Source: Ferrithrix thermotolerans DSM 19514 (lineage in GTDB: Bacteria; Actinomycetota; Acidimicrobiia; Acidimicrobiales; CAIXPF01). Taken from it: a stretch of 64,000 nucleotides of DNA. Made by a program: the position numbers and the translations under genes. The stretch covers positions 6,439 through 70,438 of the forward strand of contig CAMDQT010000003.1 of NCBI GenBank assembly GCA_945906305.1, given 5' to 3'. The notes under the pieces are model-generated. The model was not told the origin of the DNA, searched no databases, and saw only the letters and a list, made by a program, of their open reading frames with translations. Positions within the stretch are counted from its first letter, which is position 1; each line of letters begins with the position of its first letter. Shown here in pieces: positions 1-9,812 of this stretch.

Positions 1-846
1 GTTGACCAAGTCCTTGACCCGACTGATGACGCGCTCAACGCCGACTAGATAGGGCAACTCGGTGACCACAATGCCCGTGCGGCGGGCCGATACCTGGTTG
101 AGTTCGGCACTGGCCCGTACCCGAATGGTGCCACGACCAGTCAGATAGGCATCGCGCAAGCCGCCGTCGTCGACGATGACGGCCCCGGTGGGGAAATCAG
201 GGCCGGGCAGCCGCGTCATGAGCTGATCGACGGTGGGCACCGTGGATCGGGTGAGGAACAGCTTCAGCGCGGCGACAACTTCCCCCAGGTTGTGGGGCGG
301 CATGTTGGTCGCCATGCCGACCGCAATACCTGAACTGCCGTTCACCAGCAGGTTTGGCAGCTTCGCGGGCAGGTACTCCGGCTCCTCGCCCTCCTCGTCG
401 AAGGTCGGCCGCCACTCGACGGTGCCCTCGTCGAGAGCGTCGAGCATTTCGACCGCGGCTTGAGCCAGGCGACATTCGGTGTAGCGGTAGGCGGCGGGCG
501 GATCATCGAGCGTTCCGAAATTTCCGTGCGGATCCACCAGAGGCACGCGCAGGGAAAAATCTTGGGCCAGCCGCACCAGCGCGTCGTAGATGGCCGAATC
601 CCCGTGGGGGTGGTAGGTAGCCATGCAGGTACCGACGACATTGGCACTCTTGCGATGCGGATTGGTGGGCCGCAGGTTCAATCCGGCCATCGTGACGAGA
701 ATCCGACGCTGGACCGGCTTCAACCCGTCCCGAACGTCGGGCAGGGCCCTCGCCGTTATGACCGAGAGTGAATAGGGCAGAAAGGACTGACCCAGTTCCT
801 CCGAGGCGGTGATGTCGCGGATCTCACTGGCAATGCGGGCTGGCAT
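1..846 (-). CDS. type IIA DNA topoisomerase subunit A, second GyrA/ParC-like paralog (topoisomerase IV subunit A-like); N-terminal 282 codons only, gene continues past the left edge
   Basis: Absent from the ORF track because it runs off the window. My reverse translation from ATG (846-844) reads MPARIASEIRDITASEELGQSFLPYSLSVITARALPDVRDGLKPVQRRIL..MATYHPHGDSAIYDALVRLAQDFSLR..PAAYRYTECRL (active-site Tyr motif)..LLVNGSSGIAVGMATNMPPHNL. It is colinear with the gyrA N-terminus at 19200-20012. Confidence 0.85.
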   Translation of the reverse strand, partial: MPARIASEIRDITASEELGQSFLPYSLSVITARALPDVRDGLKPVQRRILVTMAGLNLRPTNPHRKSANVVGTCMATYHPHGDSAIYDALVRLAQDFSLRVPLVDPHGNFGTLDDPPAAYRYTECRLAQAAVEMLDALDEGTVEWRPTFDEEGEEPEYLPAKLPNLLVNGSSGIAVGMATNMPPHNLGEVVAALKLFLTRSTVPTVDQLMTRLPGPDFPTGAVIVDDGGLRDAYLTGRGTIRVRASAELNQVSARRTGIVVTELPYLVGVERVISRVKDLVN

Positions 847-964
847 GACCGCACCATCATATCCGAACATTTGTTCGTTCTGGGTGATGGTGTCGGCGGC
901 GGCGTTCGAGCTCGTGGCACCCAGGGGCCGACGCCGCTGGCCCCACAGCATCTATCGTGCCCCC

Positions 965-1867
965 ATGACCTCGATGCCCGCCATCTCCCTCGCCGCCGTC
1001 CCTGGCCGGCGCCGCCCCGTCGTCGAAGCCGCGGTCGAGGCCGAACGCCGCGGATTCACCGGCATTTATTGCCCCAGCCTCGGCGACGCCATGGGTCTGT
1101 GCCTGTCCATCGCCCACGCCACCTCCACCATTCCCTTCGGGACCTCGGTCCAGCCCATCTACCTGCAGCACCCCGTGCAGTTGGCCGGCCAGGCCAGCTA
1201 CATCAACGAGATCGCCGAGGGCCGCTTCCGGTTGGGCATCGGCGTCAGTCACGGTCCCGTGCAACGCCGACTCGGCGCCGAGGTCGGCAAGCCGCTGACC
1301 GACATGCGCAACTACGTCGCCGCCATGCAGGCTGCGGCGGGTGCCGCGGGACCGCAGCCCCAACTCGTGTTGGCCACCCTGCGGGACAAGATGGTTGACC
1401 TCTCCGTAGAGATCGCCGATGGCGCCGTGTGGGCCAACTCGTCGCACAACGATATGGGCCGATCGGTGGCTCGCATTCCGGTGGAGCGCCGCGACGCTGG
1501 CTTCTTCGTTGGCAACATGCTGCCCACCGTCATCGACGACGATCGCGAGGCCGCCGCCAATCGCAACCGGGCCACACTCAGCGGCTACGTCGCCTTACCC
1601 AACTACCGCAACTACTGGAAGCAGGCCGGCTACGAGGAGGAGATGAACGCCATCGAGGCCGCCATCGCCGCCGGCGACAAAGACAAGGTCACCGCCTGCA
1701 TGAGTGACACGTGGCTATCGAGTTGCACCGTCTACGGCTCAGCCAACCAAGTACGCGAGGCCGCCGAGGCCTGGCTGGACCTCGGCGTGACCCCCATTCT
1801 CGTACCCAGCTCCACCAGCGGCGGTCAGCTCAAGGCGATCGAGGAGATGTTCCGCGCGTTTTCGTGA
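965..1867 (+). CDS. LLM-class (luciferase-like) flavin/F420-dependent oxidoreductase
   Basis: ORF 809..1867. The conserved part starts at MTSMPAISLAAVPG..RGFTGIYCPSLGDAMG..GRFRLGIGVSHGP, a luciferase-like pattern. ATG at 965 chosen because the 809 start would overlap the divergent topoisomerase start. Confidence 0.7.
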   Translation: MTSMPAISLAAVPGRRRPVVEAAVEAERRGFTGIYCPSLGDAMGLCLSIAHATSTIPFGTSVQPIYLQHPVQLAGQASYINEIAEGRFRLGIGVSHGPVQRRLGAEVGKPLTDMRNYVAAMQAAAGAAGPQPQLVLATLRDKMVDLSVEIADGAVWANSSHNDMGRSVARIPVERRDAGFFVGNMLPTVIDDDREAAANRNRATLSGYVALPNYRNYWKQAGYEEEMNAIEAAIAAGDKDKVTACMSDTWLSSCTVYGSANQVREAAEAWLDLGVTPILVPSSTSGGQLKAIEEMFRAFS

Positions 1868-2649
1868 TCGGCGACGGCCGACTGGGTCAACCCGGCCCAG
1901 AGGCCATGGTCGGTAGCGCCGCGCCTCGCGATCCTCCCGTGCTCCTGGCCGATAGGAACCATCGGCGGCCCCTGCCGAAGATCGATGGTGGCGGTCTCGA
2001 TTACCAGCACGGCGGTACCGCCCCCCACCTCGACAGACACCGCTTGGAGCGTGCTGGCTCGCGCCGCGCGCTGGAGCAACCGGGCCGCTTCCACCAATGA
2101 CGCTGTCGCCTGGGAGAACGGACCAAGACCGTCAGCAGCATCGACCACCTCGACCAGTCGGGCCGCGGCCCGACTGAGGCGAGGCCCAAGCCGTTGCTCG
2201 ATCTGCGCCAACATGGACGCCTCGGCCACGATGGCCATGCGGTAGCGCTCCATCTCGGCCGCCTCGGCATCAAGCCTGGCCCGACCCTCCGCCAGCAGGC
2301 GCTGCGCCGTCGTCCTGGCGTCGGTCTCACACGCCGCCGCTTCCAATTCCGCCACCGCTAGGCGCGCCCCGGCCTCCATGTCGGTTTTCGCCAGAATCGC
2401 CGCCGCCTCGCGGCGCGCTTCGGTCTCCGTGTCCTCGGCCACCCTGCGAGCCAGATCAAGCGAGCTGATGAGTTCGTCCTCGATCGACTCGAGCCGTTGG
2501 AGCTCGGCCAGCAGATCGGCCGAATACTGCCTTGCCGTGGCCGCCGCGGCCGCCGCCGCCGTGATCTGCTCTCGCAGATCATCCAATGCGACGTCGACTG
2601 CTTTCGGGTCGTAGCCGCGCCTCACGGTCGGAAACTGTGGATGTGTCAT
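1825..2649 (-). CDS. DivIVA domain-containing coiled-coil protein
   Basis: N-terminus FPTVRRGYDPKAVDVALDDLREQI is the DivIVA-domain signature, followed by a long Ala/Glu/Arg-rich coiled-coil-like region. The 3' end overlaps the convergent LLM gene by 43 nt. Confidence 0.75.
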   Translation of the reverse strand: MTHPQFPTVRRGYDPKAVDVALDDLREQITAAAAAAATARQYSADLLAELQRLESIEDELISSLDLARRVAEDTETEARREAAAILAKTDMEAGARLAVAELEAAACETDARTTAQRLLAEGRARLDAEAAEMERYRMAIVAEASMLAQIEQRLGPRLSRAAARLVEVVDAADGLGPFSQATASLVEAARLLQRAARASTLQAVSVEVGGGTAVLVIETATIDLRQGPPMVPIGQEHGRIARRGATDHGLWAGLTQSAVADHENARNISSIALS

Positions 2650-2741
2650 TGCCCGTCCCTCATATGCCTATGAGTTCATCGGCGGCAGGCATCATCAACT
2701 TGAGCGATTCTTTGCCTCCCAAACAAGAGGATGCGCGGGCT

Positions 2742-3452
2742 TTAGCCGCCCATGAACATCTTCCACTGATCGAGGCTCTGCAAGCGGTAGACGAAGTTCG
2801 ACTGACGAACTTCGCCCATAGGGGCGAACGGTTCCGGCGCATAGAGGTGCCCCGGATAAAGCACGGCATCGTCGGGTACGTGCGCCAACGTCTGGTTGAT
2901 CGAGTAGTACAACGCTTCAGCGTCACTACCGGGCAAATCAACCCGGCCGCAACCCTCTAAGAACAGGGTGTCACCTGCCACGAGGTGGCCCTCACACAGG
3001 AAGCACTGGCTGCCCGGCGTGTGGCCGGGAGTGTGCAGCAGGGTGATGGGGATCTCCCCCACCGTGACCACATCGCCGCCGCGATGGCGTACCAGGTCAC
3101 TCTCGGAAATTCCGGTCACTTTCAGTACGCCATCACCCTCGGCGTCTTGCACATGCACCGGTACCGACACCAGATCGAGGAGATCGGCTACGCCACCCAC
3201 CGTGTGGCCGAAGAAGCTGCCGCCCACATGGTCGGGGTGGTAGTGGGTGACCAGAATGCCCGAAAGTCTCATACCGTCATTGGCCGCGAGGTCCACCAAG
3301 CCCGCCACGTCGTAGGCGGGGTCCACGACCACGGCCTCACCCGTTTCCCGGTCGCCGATGAGGTACTGGAAGTTGACCATCTGGCGGGCGACATCGTCAT
3401 CCCTGGCCGTGTCGCGGCCAGCGAGCACCTGGCGGAAATACAAGCGGTTCAC
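2742..3452 (-). CDS. MBL-fold metallo-hydrolase (glyoxalase II-like)
   Basis: HxHxDH metal motif THYHPDHVGG, later HTPGHTPGS and a conserved Asp/His pattern. 236 aa, typical size. Confidence 0.85.
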   Translation of the reverse strand: MNRLYFRQVLAGRDTARDDDVARQMVNFQYLIGDRETGEAVVVDPAYDVAGLVDLAANDGMRLSGILVTHYHPDHVGGSFFGHTVGGVADLLDLVSVPVHVQDAEGDGVLKVTGISESDLVRHRGGDVVTVGEIPITLLHTPGHTPGSQCFLCEGHLVAGDTLFLEGCGRVDLPGSDAEALYYSINQTLAHVPDDAVLYPGHLYAPEPFAPMGEVRQSNFVYRLQSLDQWKMFMGG

Positions 3453-5557
3453 CGGCGCGACGCTAGCGGGTCCTCACGCCGGGGGGTTGGGCCTACCAAC
3501 GTGTCGAGCAAGAAGGCCAGGACGAAGGCCTCGTCACGCCAGGCGTCATACCGACCCGATGGACCGCCGTGGCCAGCGCCCATCTCTGTCTTGAGCAGCA
3601 ACTGGTTCGTGTCCGTCTTCGTCGCCCGCAACTTGGCCACCCATTTGGCCGGCTCCCAGTAACTGACCCGGGGATCGTTGAGCCCCGCGGTGACCAACAT
3701 GGGCGGGTAGGCCTTCGCCTCGACATTTTCATAGGGGGCGTAGGACTTCATGTAGCGGTAGTACTCCTCCGACTCGGTCGGGTTTCCCCACTCCTCCCAC
3801 TCCATCACCGTCAAGGGCAATGAGGCGTCGAGGATGGTGCTGAGGGCGTCGACGAAGGGCACCTCTGCGACCACCGCCCCAAAGAGCTCCGGGGCCTCGT
3901 TCAGGACCGCTCCCATGAGCAAACCCCCCGCAGACCCGCCACGAATTGCCAAGCGGGCGGGCGACGTCCAGCCACCATCGATGAGGTGACGGGCACAGGC
4001 AATGAAATCCGTGAAGGTGTTGCGCTTAGCCAGGAACTTGCCCTGGGTGTACCACGGCCGCCCCATTTCGCCGCCGCCGCGGATGTGGGCGATGGCGAAA
4101 CAGAACCCCCGATCGAGCAATGACAACCGGATCGACGAGAAGTACGGGTCGATGCACGCCTCGTAGGAGCCGTACCCGTACAGCAACGCCGGCGCCTCGC
4201 CGTTGCGTTCGAACCCCTGTCGGAAGACCACCGTCATAGGCACCTTGGTGCCGTCAACGGCGGTGGCCCACAGCCGCTCGGTGACATACTGGTCCGGATC
4301 GAACGGCCCGAGGACCGGCTGCTGCTTGAGCAGCGTACGTTGCCCACTATCGAGGTCGTAGCTGAACACCGTCGAGGGCGTGCGCATCGATTCGTAGCGG
4401 TAGCGGAAGATGTTGGTATCGAACTCCGGGTTGGCACCGCCTCCCGCAGTCCCGACCAACTCGGGCTGTTCAATGGTGTGCTCGGCACCGTCGGAGAGTC
4501 GGCGAACTCGGATTTGCGGCGTGGCGTCGACCCGCTCGTAGATCACCAGATGGTCGGCGAAGGTCGTGATGCCCGACAGCTTTACCGCCGGCCGATGGGC
4601 GATGACTTCGGTCCAGTTCATTCGGCCCGGAGCCTGCACGGCCGCCTCGACCAGCTTGAAGTTCTCCGCCCCATCGGCGTTGGTCAGCACCAGGAAACGG
4701 TCGTGGGAGTGCGAGACGCTGTACTCCAGGCCCTGTTGGCGAGGCTCGATCACCCGAAAGGAACCCGTTGGGTTGTCCGCCTCGAGGAACCAGACCTCGT
4801 CGGTGACCTTAGAACCACTGTGAACGAACAAGTAGCGCTCGTCGCGCCCGAGATCCACCCCACAGTAGAACCGTTCATCAGGCTCTTCGAACACCTTCAC
4901 GTCATCGGCAGGATCCGTTCCGAGTTCATGACGCCACACCTGCCAAGGCCGCATCGCGTCATCAGGACGGGTGTAGAAGAAATAGCGGCTGTCCGCCGAC
5001 CAGGCTGAGCCGTAGTACACCCCGTCGATCACTTCGTCGAGATCGGTGCCACCCTCGATGCGTCGAAACCGCAGCTGATAGCGCTCGCCCCCGGTGGTGT
5101 CGGCCCCATGGGCCAACAAGTGATGATCGGGGCTGACATCGAACACGCCGGTGGCATGGAATTCATGGCCCTCGGCCTCGACGTTCTCGTCGAGCACCAA
5201 CTGCTCAGCCATGGACTCGTCGTAGCTACCCTCAGCGCCCGCGGCCCGTCGGCAACTGATGGTGTACTGCTTCCCTTCCTCGGTACGCGAGTAGTACCAC
5301 CAGCCACCCTTGCGTACCGGTACCGACAGATCGGTCTCTTGGATACGGGCGCGGATCTCCTCGAACAACTGCTCTTGCAAGGGCTCGACATGGGCCATGG
5401 CCGCGGTGGTGTGGGCGTTCTCCGCCTCGAGGTAGGCGAGCACGTCGGGGTCACCGTCTCGGTCTCGCAACCAGCCGTAGGGATCGACGCGGATGTCGCC
5501 CCACACCGTCGTGGGAACGCGTCGGACTTTGGCCATGGGCGGTACGGGGACGGTCAC
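3449..5557 (-). CDS. ptrB: S9-family serine peptidase, oligopeptidase B (protease II)-like
   Basis: 702 aa. N-terminal ..VDPYGWLRDRD.. beta-propeller region; C-terminal catalytic domain with nucleophile motif GGSAGGLLMG and ..GAGHGG.. near the end. 4-nt overlap with the upstream MBL gene. Confidence 0.85.
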   Translation of the reverse strand: MTVPVPPMAKVRRVPTTVWGDIRVDPYGWLRDRDGDPDVLAYLEAENAHTTAAMAHVEPLQEQLFEEIRARIQETDLSVPVRKGGWWYYSRTEEGKQYTISCRRAAGAEGSYDESMAEQLVLDENVEAEGHEFHATGVFDVSPDHHLLAHGADTTGGERYQLRFRRIEGGTDLDEVIDGVYYGSAWSADSRYFFYTRPDDAMRPWQVWRHELGTDPADDVKVFEEPDERFYCGVDLGRDERYLFVHSGSKVTDEVWFLEADNPTGSFRVIEPRQQGLEYSVSHSHDRFLVLTNADGAENFKLVEAAVQAPGRMNWTEVIAHRPAVKLSGITTFADHLVIYERVDATPQIRVRRLSDGAEHTIEQPELVGTAGGGANPEFDTNIFRYRYESMRTPSTVFSYDLDSGQRTLLKQQPVLGPFDPDQYVTERLWATAVDGTKVPMTVVFRQGFERNGEAPALLYGYGSYEACIDPYFSSIRLSLLDRGFCFAIAHIRGGGEMGRPWYTQGKFLAKRNTFTDFIACARHLIDGGWTSPARLAIRGGSAGGLLMGAVLNEAPELFGAVVAEVPFVDALSTILDASLPLTVMEWEEWGNPTESEEYYRYMKSYAPYENVEAKAYPPMLVTAGLNDPRVSYWEPAKWVAKLRATKTDTNQLLLKTEMGAGHGGPSGRYDAWRDEAFVLAFLLDTLVGPTPRREDPLASRR

Positions 5558-5613
5558 AGAGCAAGGCTAATGGCGTCAGCAAGACCCGCCGCAGGCACGA
5601 CTAGCTTGAGGCC

Positions 5614-6702
5614 ATGTCACAGAAGGTTCGTGGAATCGTTGCTCGTGCCAAGGGTCAACCAGTCTCGATCGAGACCATCGTCATCCCCGACCCCGGACCC
5701 GGCGAAGCGGTTGTTCGGGTCCAAGCCTGTGGGGTCTGCCACACCGACCTGCATTATCGCGAGGGTGGCATCAATGACGACTTTCCCTTTCTGTTGGGCC
5801 ACGAGGCGGCCGGCATCGTGGAGTCAATCGGGCAGGGCGTGCGCGACGTCGAGGTCGGGGATTTTGTCGTTCTGAACTGGCGCGCGGTGTGTGGAACGTG
5901 CCGGTCCTGCCGCAAAGGCAAGCCGTGGATCTGTTTCTCCACCTTCAATGCCACCCAGAAAATGACCCTGGAGGACGGCACCGTGCTCAGCCCGGCCTTG
6001 GGCATCGGAGCATTTGCCGACAAGACGCTGGTGGCGGCCGGGCAATGCACCAAGGTCAACCCTTTGGCCAAGCCGGAGGCGGCCGGGCTACTCGGCTGTG
6101 GGGTAATGGCCGGCTGGGGTGCCGCGGTCCTCACCGGCGGTGTTTCGCGTGGTGACTCCGTGGCCGTGTTCGGTTGCGGCGGGGTAGGAAACGCCGCCAT
6201 TGCGGGCGCCAAAATGGCTGGGGCCCGCACCATTGTGGCCGTCGATCTCGACGACCGGAAACTGGCCTGGGCCAAGGACTTCGGAGCCACCCACACCGTC
6301 AACGGCACCCGGGAAGACGCCGTCGAGGCCGTTCGCCGGCATACCGACGGGCTAGGTGCCGACGTCTGTATCGAAGCGGTGGGCAACTCCAAGGTCCTCG
6401 AGCAATGCTTCTTCGCCCGTGATCTCGCCGGCACCGTGGTCCAGGTCGGGGTGCCCAGCCCCCAGATGGTCATGCCGGAAATCCCGATGATCGAGTTCTT
6501 CGGCCGGGGTGGGGCACTCAAGCCCTCGTGGTATGGCGATTGCCTGCCCAGCCGCGATTTCCCCATGCTGATAGAGGAGTACCTCCAGGGTCGCTTCGAT
6601 CTGGAGCGGTTCGTATCGGAGACCATCCCCCTCGACGGTGTCGAAGCGGCCTTTCACAAAATGGAACGAGGCGAAGTACTGCGCTCGGTGGTTGTGTTCT
6701 GA
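5614..6702 (+). CDS. mscR: S-(hydroxymethyl)mycothiol dehydrogenase (class III Zn-dependent alcohol dehydrogenase)
   Basis: [73 protein letters not shown] matches my recollection of actinobacterial mycothiol-dependent formaldehyde dehydrogenases. GCGGVG Rossmann motif present. Confidence 0.8.
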   Translation: MSQKVRGIVARAKGQPVSIETIVIPDPGPGEAVVRVQACGVCHTDLHYREGGINDDFPFLLGHEAAGIVESIGQGVRDVEVGDFVVLNWRAVCGTCRSCRKGKPWICFSTFNATQKMTLEDGTVLSPALGIGAFADKTLVAAGQCTKVNPLAKPEAAGLLGCGVMAGWGAAVLTGGVSRGDSVAVFGCGGVGNAAIAGAKMAGARTIVAVDLDDRKLAWAKDFGATHTVNGTREDAVEAVRRHTDGLGADVCIEAVGNSKVLEQCFFARDLAGTVVQVGVPSPQMVMPEIPMIEFFGRGGALKPSWYGDCLPSRDFPMLIEEYLQGRFDLERFVSETIPLDGVEAAFHKMERGEVLRSVVVF

Positions 6703-6779
6703 GCCACCAGCGACGTCGCCACCTCTGCTCGGCGAAGCGAAGCTTCAGTTCGGGCCGCCATGAGCCGTTGATTGGGACT

Positions 6780-7661
6780 ATGACTGCTGCTGCGCTCGCG
6801 TCTGGGGTGTCGACAATCCCCATTGGGGAACTCCTCGTGGCAATGGAGCACCTTCCGGCGCAAGGCAACGTCGCGCTACGGGTGCTGTGGATGGCAGACA
6901 ACCCGGAGACAACGATTTCAGACCTTGAACGTGCCGTGCAGGACGATCCGGTACTCGTGGCCCGATTGCTGCATCTGGCGAACTCGGCGTACTACAGCCC
7001 CCTGTACCCCATCACCGCGGTCAAGCAGGCGATCCTGCTGCTCGGTTTCGCCACGGTGCGCACCATGGCGACCGTGGTGGCCTGCGGCCTGACCCGTTCG
7101 GTCCCGGCCAGATTTTGGACCCACGCCGCGGCCACCGCCACCGCCGCTCAGCTCGTGGCCGGTCGATTCGGCGTTGAAGCAGGCGAAGCCTTTGCCGTTG
7201 GCCTCCTGCACGACCTCGGTCGGGGCCTGTTCCATGTCGCGGACCCCGCCGCGTCAACCGCGTTCGACCGTCGCCTGCAACGGGACAGGCACGCCGCGGC
7301 GACCACGGCGGGCCAGGCCAGCGACCAACAAGTCGTCGACCGGCTCACGCTCGAACGGGCCCGCTTCGGCATGACCCACGCCGAAGCTGCGGCTCGGGTG
7401 CTCGAAGCGTGGCGACTACCGCCGCAAATGGTGCAGGCCATCGGCGCTCATCATGACCCGATCGACGCCATGGCCACCGACACCGTCCGACTCGTGGTGG
7501 CCGCAGAGGCACTGGCAGAGTTGGCCCTCGGCTGCTGCGATGAACCGCTCGATTGCGAGGCTGGTATCGCCCTGCTCGACCTCGACCTCGACCGTGTCGA
7601 CACGATCGTCGACCGCATCCGCACCGAGGCCATCGACTTGTCTGCCGTGCTGAGCGCCTGA
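6780..7661 (+). CDS. HDOD domain-containing signalling protein
   Basis: ORF 6528..7661. The conserved part begins at ATG 6780: ..ISDLERAVQDDPVLVARLLHLANSAYYSP..ITAVKQAILLLGFATVRTMA..GLLHDLGR..HAEAAARVLEAWRLP is the HDOD (HD-related output domain) pattern. The upstream 84 codons overlap the mscR 3' end and look non-coding. Confidence 0.7.
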   Translation: MTAAALASGVSTIPIGELLVAMEHLPAQGNVALRVLWMADNPETTISDLERAVQDDPVLVARLLHLANSAYYSPLYPITAVKQAILLLGFATVRTMATVVACGLTRSVPARFWTHAAATATAAQLVAGRFGVEAGEAFAVGLLHDLGRGLFHVADPAASTAFDRRLQRDRHAAATTAGQASDQQVVDRLTLERARFGMTHAEAAARVLEAWRLPPQMVQAIGAHHDPIDAMATDTVRLVVAAEALAELALGCCDEPLDCEAGIALLDLDLDRVDTIVDRIRTEAIDLSAVLSA

Positions 7662-7683
7662 CCGTGAAGGACTTGGCGATCTC

Positions 7684-9804
7684 ATGACCGAACCGACTCT
7701 GGCCAGCTTGCTGGCCCTCGGTGCCGAAGGTGCCCCAAGCCCCGCGGAGTTGCTCGACCATCTGCCCATGGCCATTGTGGTGTGCGACCTCGCCGGTCGC
7801 ATCGTGCAACGCAATGCCACCTTCGAAGTGCTTTTCGGTGATCCTCTACCCCACCGTCTGGCGCACCTGCGTGACCTGCTCGACGAACGCGGCCGAGCCC
7901 GCCTGCCTGAGGCCATCTCCTCCGCGTTCAGCGCAGCTCAGACCGGCCGGGGCGGTGATGTCGAGCTGGCGGCAACGTGCTGTCGGGTCGGCGGCGCTCC
8001 GCTGGCGTGCACCGTGATCATCCGCATGATCGAGCCCACTTCCGTCGGTCGGGCCTGTCTGGTCGCCACGATTCGGCCGCTGGGCGACAGGGCCCGCCAC
8101 TTCGATCGGCTGCAACGCCATGATCACCGCCTGACCACCCTGCTGCAACACCTGCCGCTGGGAATCATCGGGTCGGACAGCGGGGGGCGCGCCGACTATG
8201 CGAACGCGGCGGCGGCGGAGCTTTTCTCAGTCGGGCCGGAGTCGCTGCTCGGTATGGGTTGGCTGCAGTTCATCCACCCCGAGGACAGAGAACCTGCGGC
8301 CAGCGCGGTCGAAGACACGCTTACCCGAAGGCGACCGGCCTTCGTGCCGGTGCGCATCATCCTGCCCGACGGTCGACCACGCTGGGTGCACCTCCGGGTC
8401 GCGCCCGTGGGCGTCGGTGACAACCTCGGATTCGTGATCAGCATCGAGGACGTCACCGAGCAACGCGAGTTGGCCGAAGCCCTGGCCTATCAATCCCATC
8501 ACGACGTACTCACCGGCCTGCTCAACCGGTCGATGCTGGAGGACTCGTTACATTCTTTCCTCGACGCCGCCCCGCAGCAAGCCGCCCGACCTGCGGTGCT
8601 CTACATCGACCTGGACGACTTCAAGGACCTCAACGACACGCTCGGCAACTCGGTGGGCGACCTGGTCTTGACCGCTGTAGCCGATCGCATCTATGGCTGC
8701 GCTGGAACGGGCGGGGCTGTCGCCCGCTTCGGAGGCGACGAGTTCGTAGTGGCCCTGGCACACCTTCCCTCCGCCCAAGCTGCGCTTGGCATGGCCAATC
8801 AGATCCTCAGCCGCATCGCGGATCGTCTCGACATCGACGGGCAGCAGCTCTACTGCACCGCTAGTGCCGGCGTTGCGTGGCTCGCCGCCGAAGATGTCGC
8901 CACGACCAACCCCTCCGAGTTGCTGCGACGCGCCGACCTGGCGCTCTACCAGGCCAAACAGCTGGGCAAGAACCGGTCGGTTCTGGCCTCAGACACCCTG
9001 CTGGCCAGTGAGCGACATCGCACCAATCTGACCCGTGCGCTACAGCACGCCGTGCATAACGACCTCCTAGATGTCCACTACCAACCGATTGTCGAGCTTG
9101 CCACGGACCGAATCGTCGGTCTCGAGGCACTGGTGCGTTGGGCGGACCCCGAATTCGGCCAGATCAGTCCGACGGTGTTCATTCCCACCGCTGAAGCCAA
9201 TGGCCTCGTCGGCAAATTGGGCAAGAACGTGCTACGCCGTGCGCTGCATGAACTCGCCGCTTGGCGTCGGTTCCCCGGCTTTGAGCGCCTGTATGTATCG
9301 GTCAACATGTCGATGGACGAACTCGACGCGCAGGCTATGGCCGGTCAACTGGCCACCGCGCTCGGTCATGCCGACCTGCCCGCCAGTGCCCTGTACGTGG
9401 AGCTCACCGAATCGACTTTGTTGCGCCGTGAGACAACGACCATGGAACGGCTCAACGCCATCCGACGTCTCGGTGTTCGTCTCGCCATTGATGACTTCGG
9501 AACCGGCTACTCGAGTCTCGCCCGCCTCCGGCGCCTACCCGTCGACCTCGTCAAGATCGACCGTGAGTTCGTCCGCGATCTGGGTCAGGATCCCCAGGCG
9601 GCAGCGGTGGTCGGCGCGATCGCCGGGCTGGCATCCTCGATGGGCCTGACCACCATCGCCGAAGGAATCGAAACGGAGTTGCAGTTGGCGGAGATCCGCC
9701 GTGTGGCCGGAGGGTTCGGGCAGGGCTACCTATTCTCCAAACCCCTACCGGCCGAACTGGTCGCGGACCTGCTGCACAGCCAGCAACACCGACAAGCGGC
9801 CTGA
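7684..9804 (+). CDS. PAS/GGDEF/EAL multidomain cyclic-di-GMP turnover protein
   Basis: 706 aa. Two PAS-like segments, then a GGDEF domain with an intact RFGGDEFVV motif, then an EAL domain with EALVRW, IDDFGTGYSSL and GQGYLFSKP motifs. Confidence 0.9.
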   Translation: MTEPTLASLLALGAEGAPSPAELLDHLPMAIVVCDLAGRIVQRNATFEVLFGDPLPHRLAHLRDLLDERGRARLPEAISSAFSAAQTGRGGDVELAATCCRVGGAPLACTVIIRMIEPTSVGRACLVATIRPLGDRARHFDRLQRHDHRLTTLLQHLPLGIIGSDSGGRADYANAAAAELFSVGPESLLGMGWLQFIHPEDREPAASAVEDTLTRRRPAFVPVRIILPDGRPRWVHLRVAPVGVGDNLGFVISIEDVTEQRELAEALAYQSHHDVLTGLLNRSMLEDSLHSFLDAAPQQAARPAVLYIDLDDFKDLNDTLGNSVGDLVLTAVADRIYGCAGTGGAVARFGGDEFVVALAHLPSAQAALGMANQILSRIADRLDIDGQQLYCTASAGVAWLAAEDVATTNPSELLRRADLALYQAKQLGKNRSVLASDTLLASERHRTNLTRALQHAVHNDLLDVHYQPIVELATDRIVGLEALVRWADPEFGQISPTVFIPTAEANGLVGKLGKNVLRRALHELAAWRRFPGFERLYVSVNMSMDELDAQAMAGQLATALGHADLPASALYVELTESTLLRRETTTMERLNAIRRLGVRLAIDDFGTGYSSLARLRRLPVDLVKIDREFVRDLGQDPQAAAVVGAIAGLASSMGLTTIAEGIETELQLAEIRRVAGGFGQGYLFSKPLPAELVADLLHSQQHRQAA

Positions 9805-9812
9805 CCCCCCGC

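Noticed and set aside
1825-1867. 43-nt convergent overlap between the LLM oxidoreductase and the DivIVA-domain gene, considered as a sign of a frameshift or mis-called stop
   Set aside because: Both reading frames are intact, with family-typical termini. Short convergent overlaps are common in compact high-GC genomes, and there is no evidence of a pseudogene.
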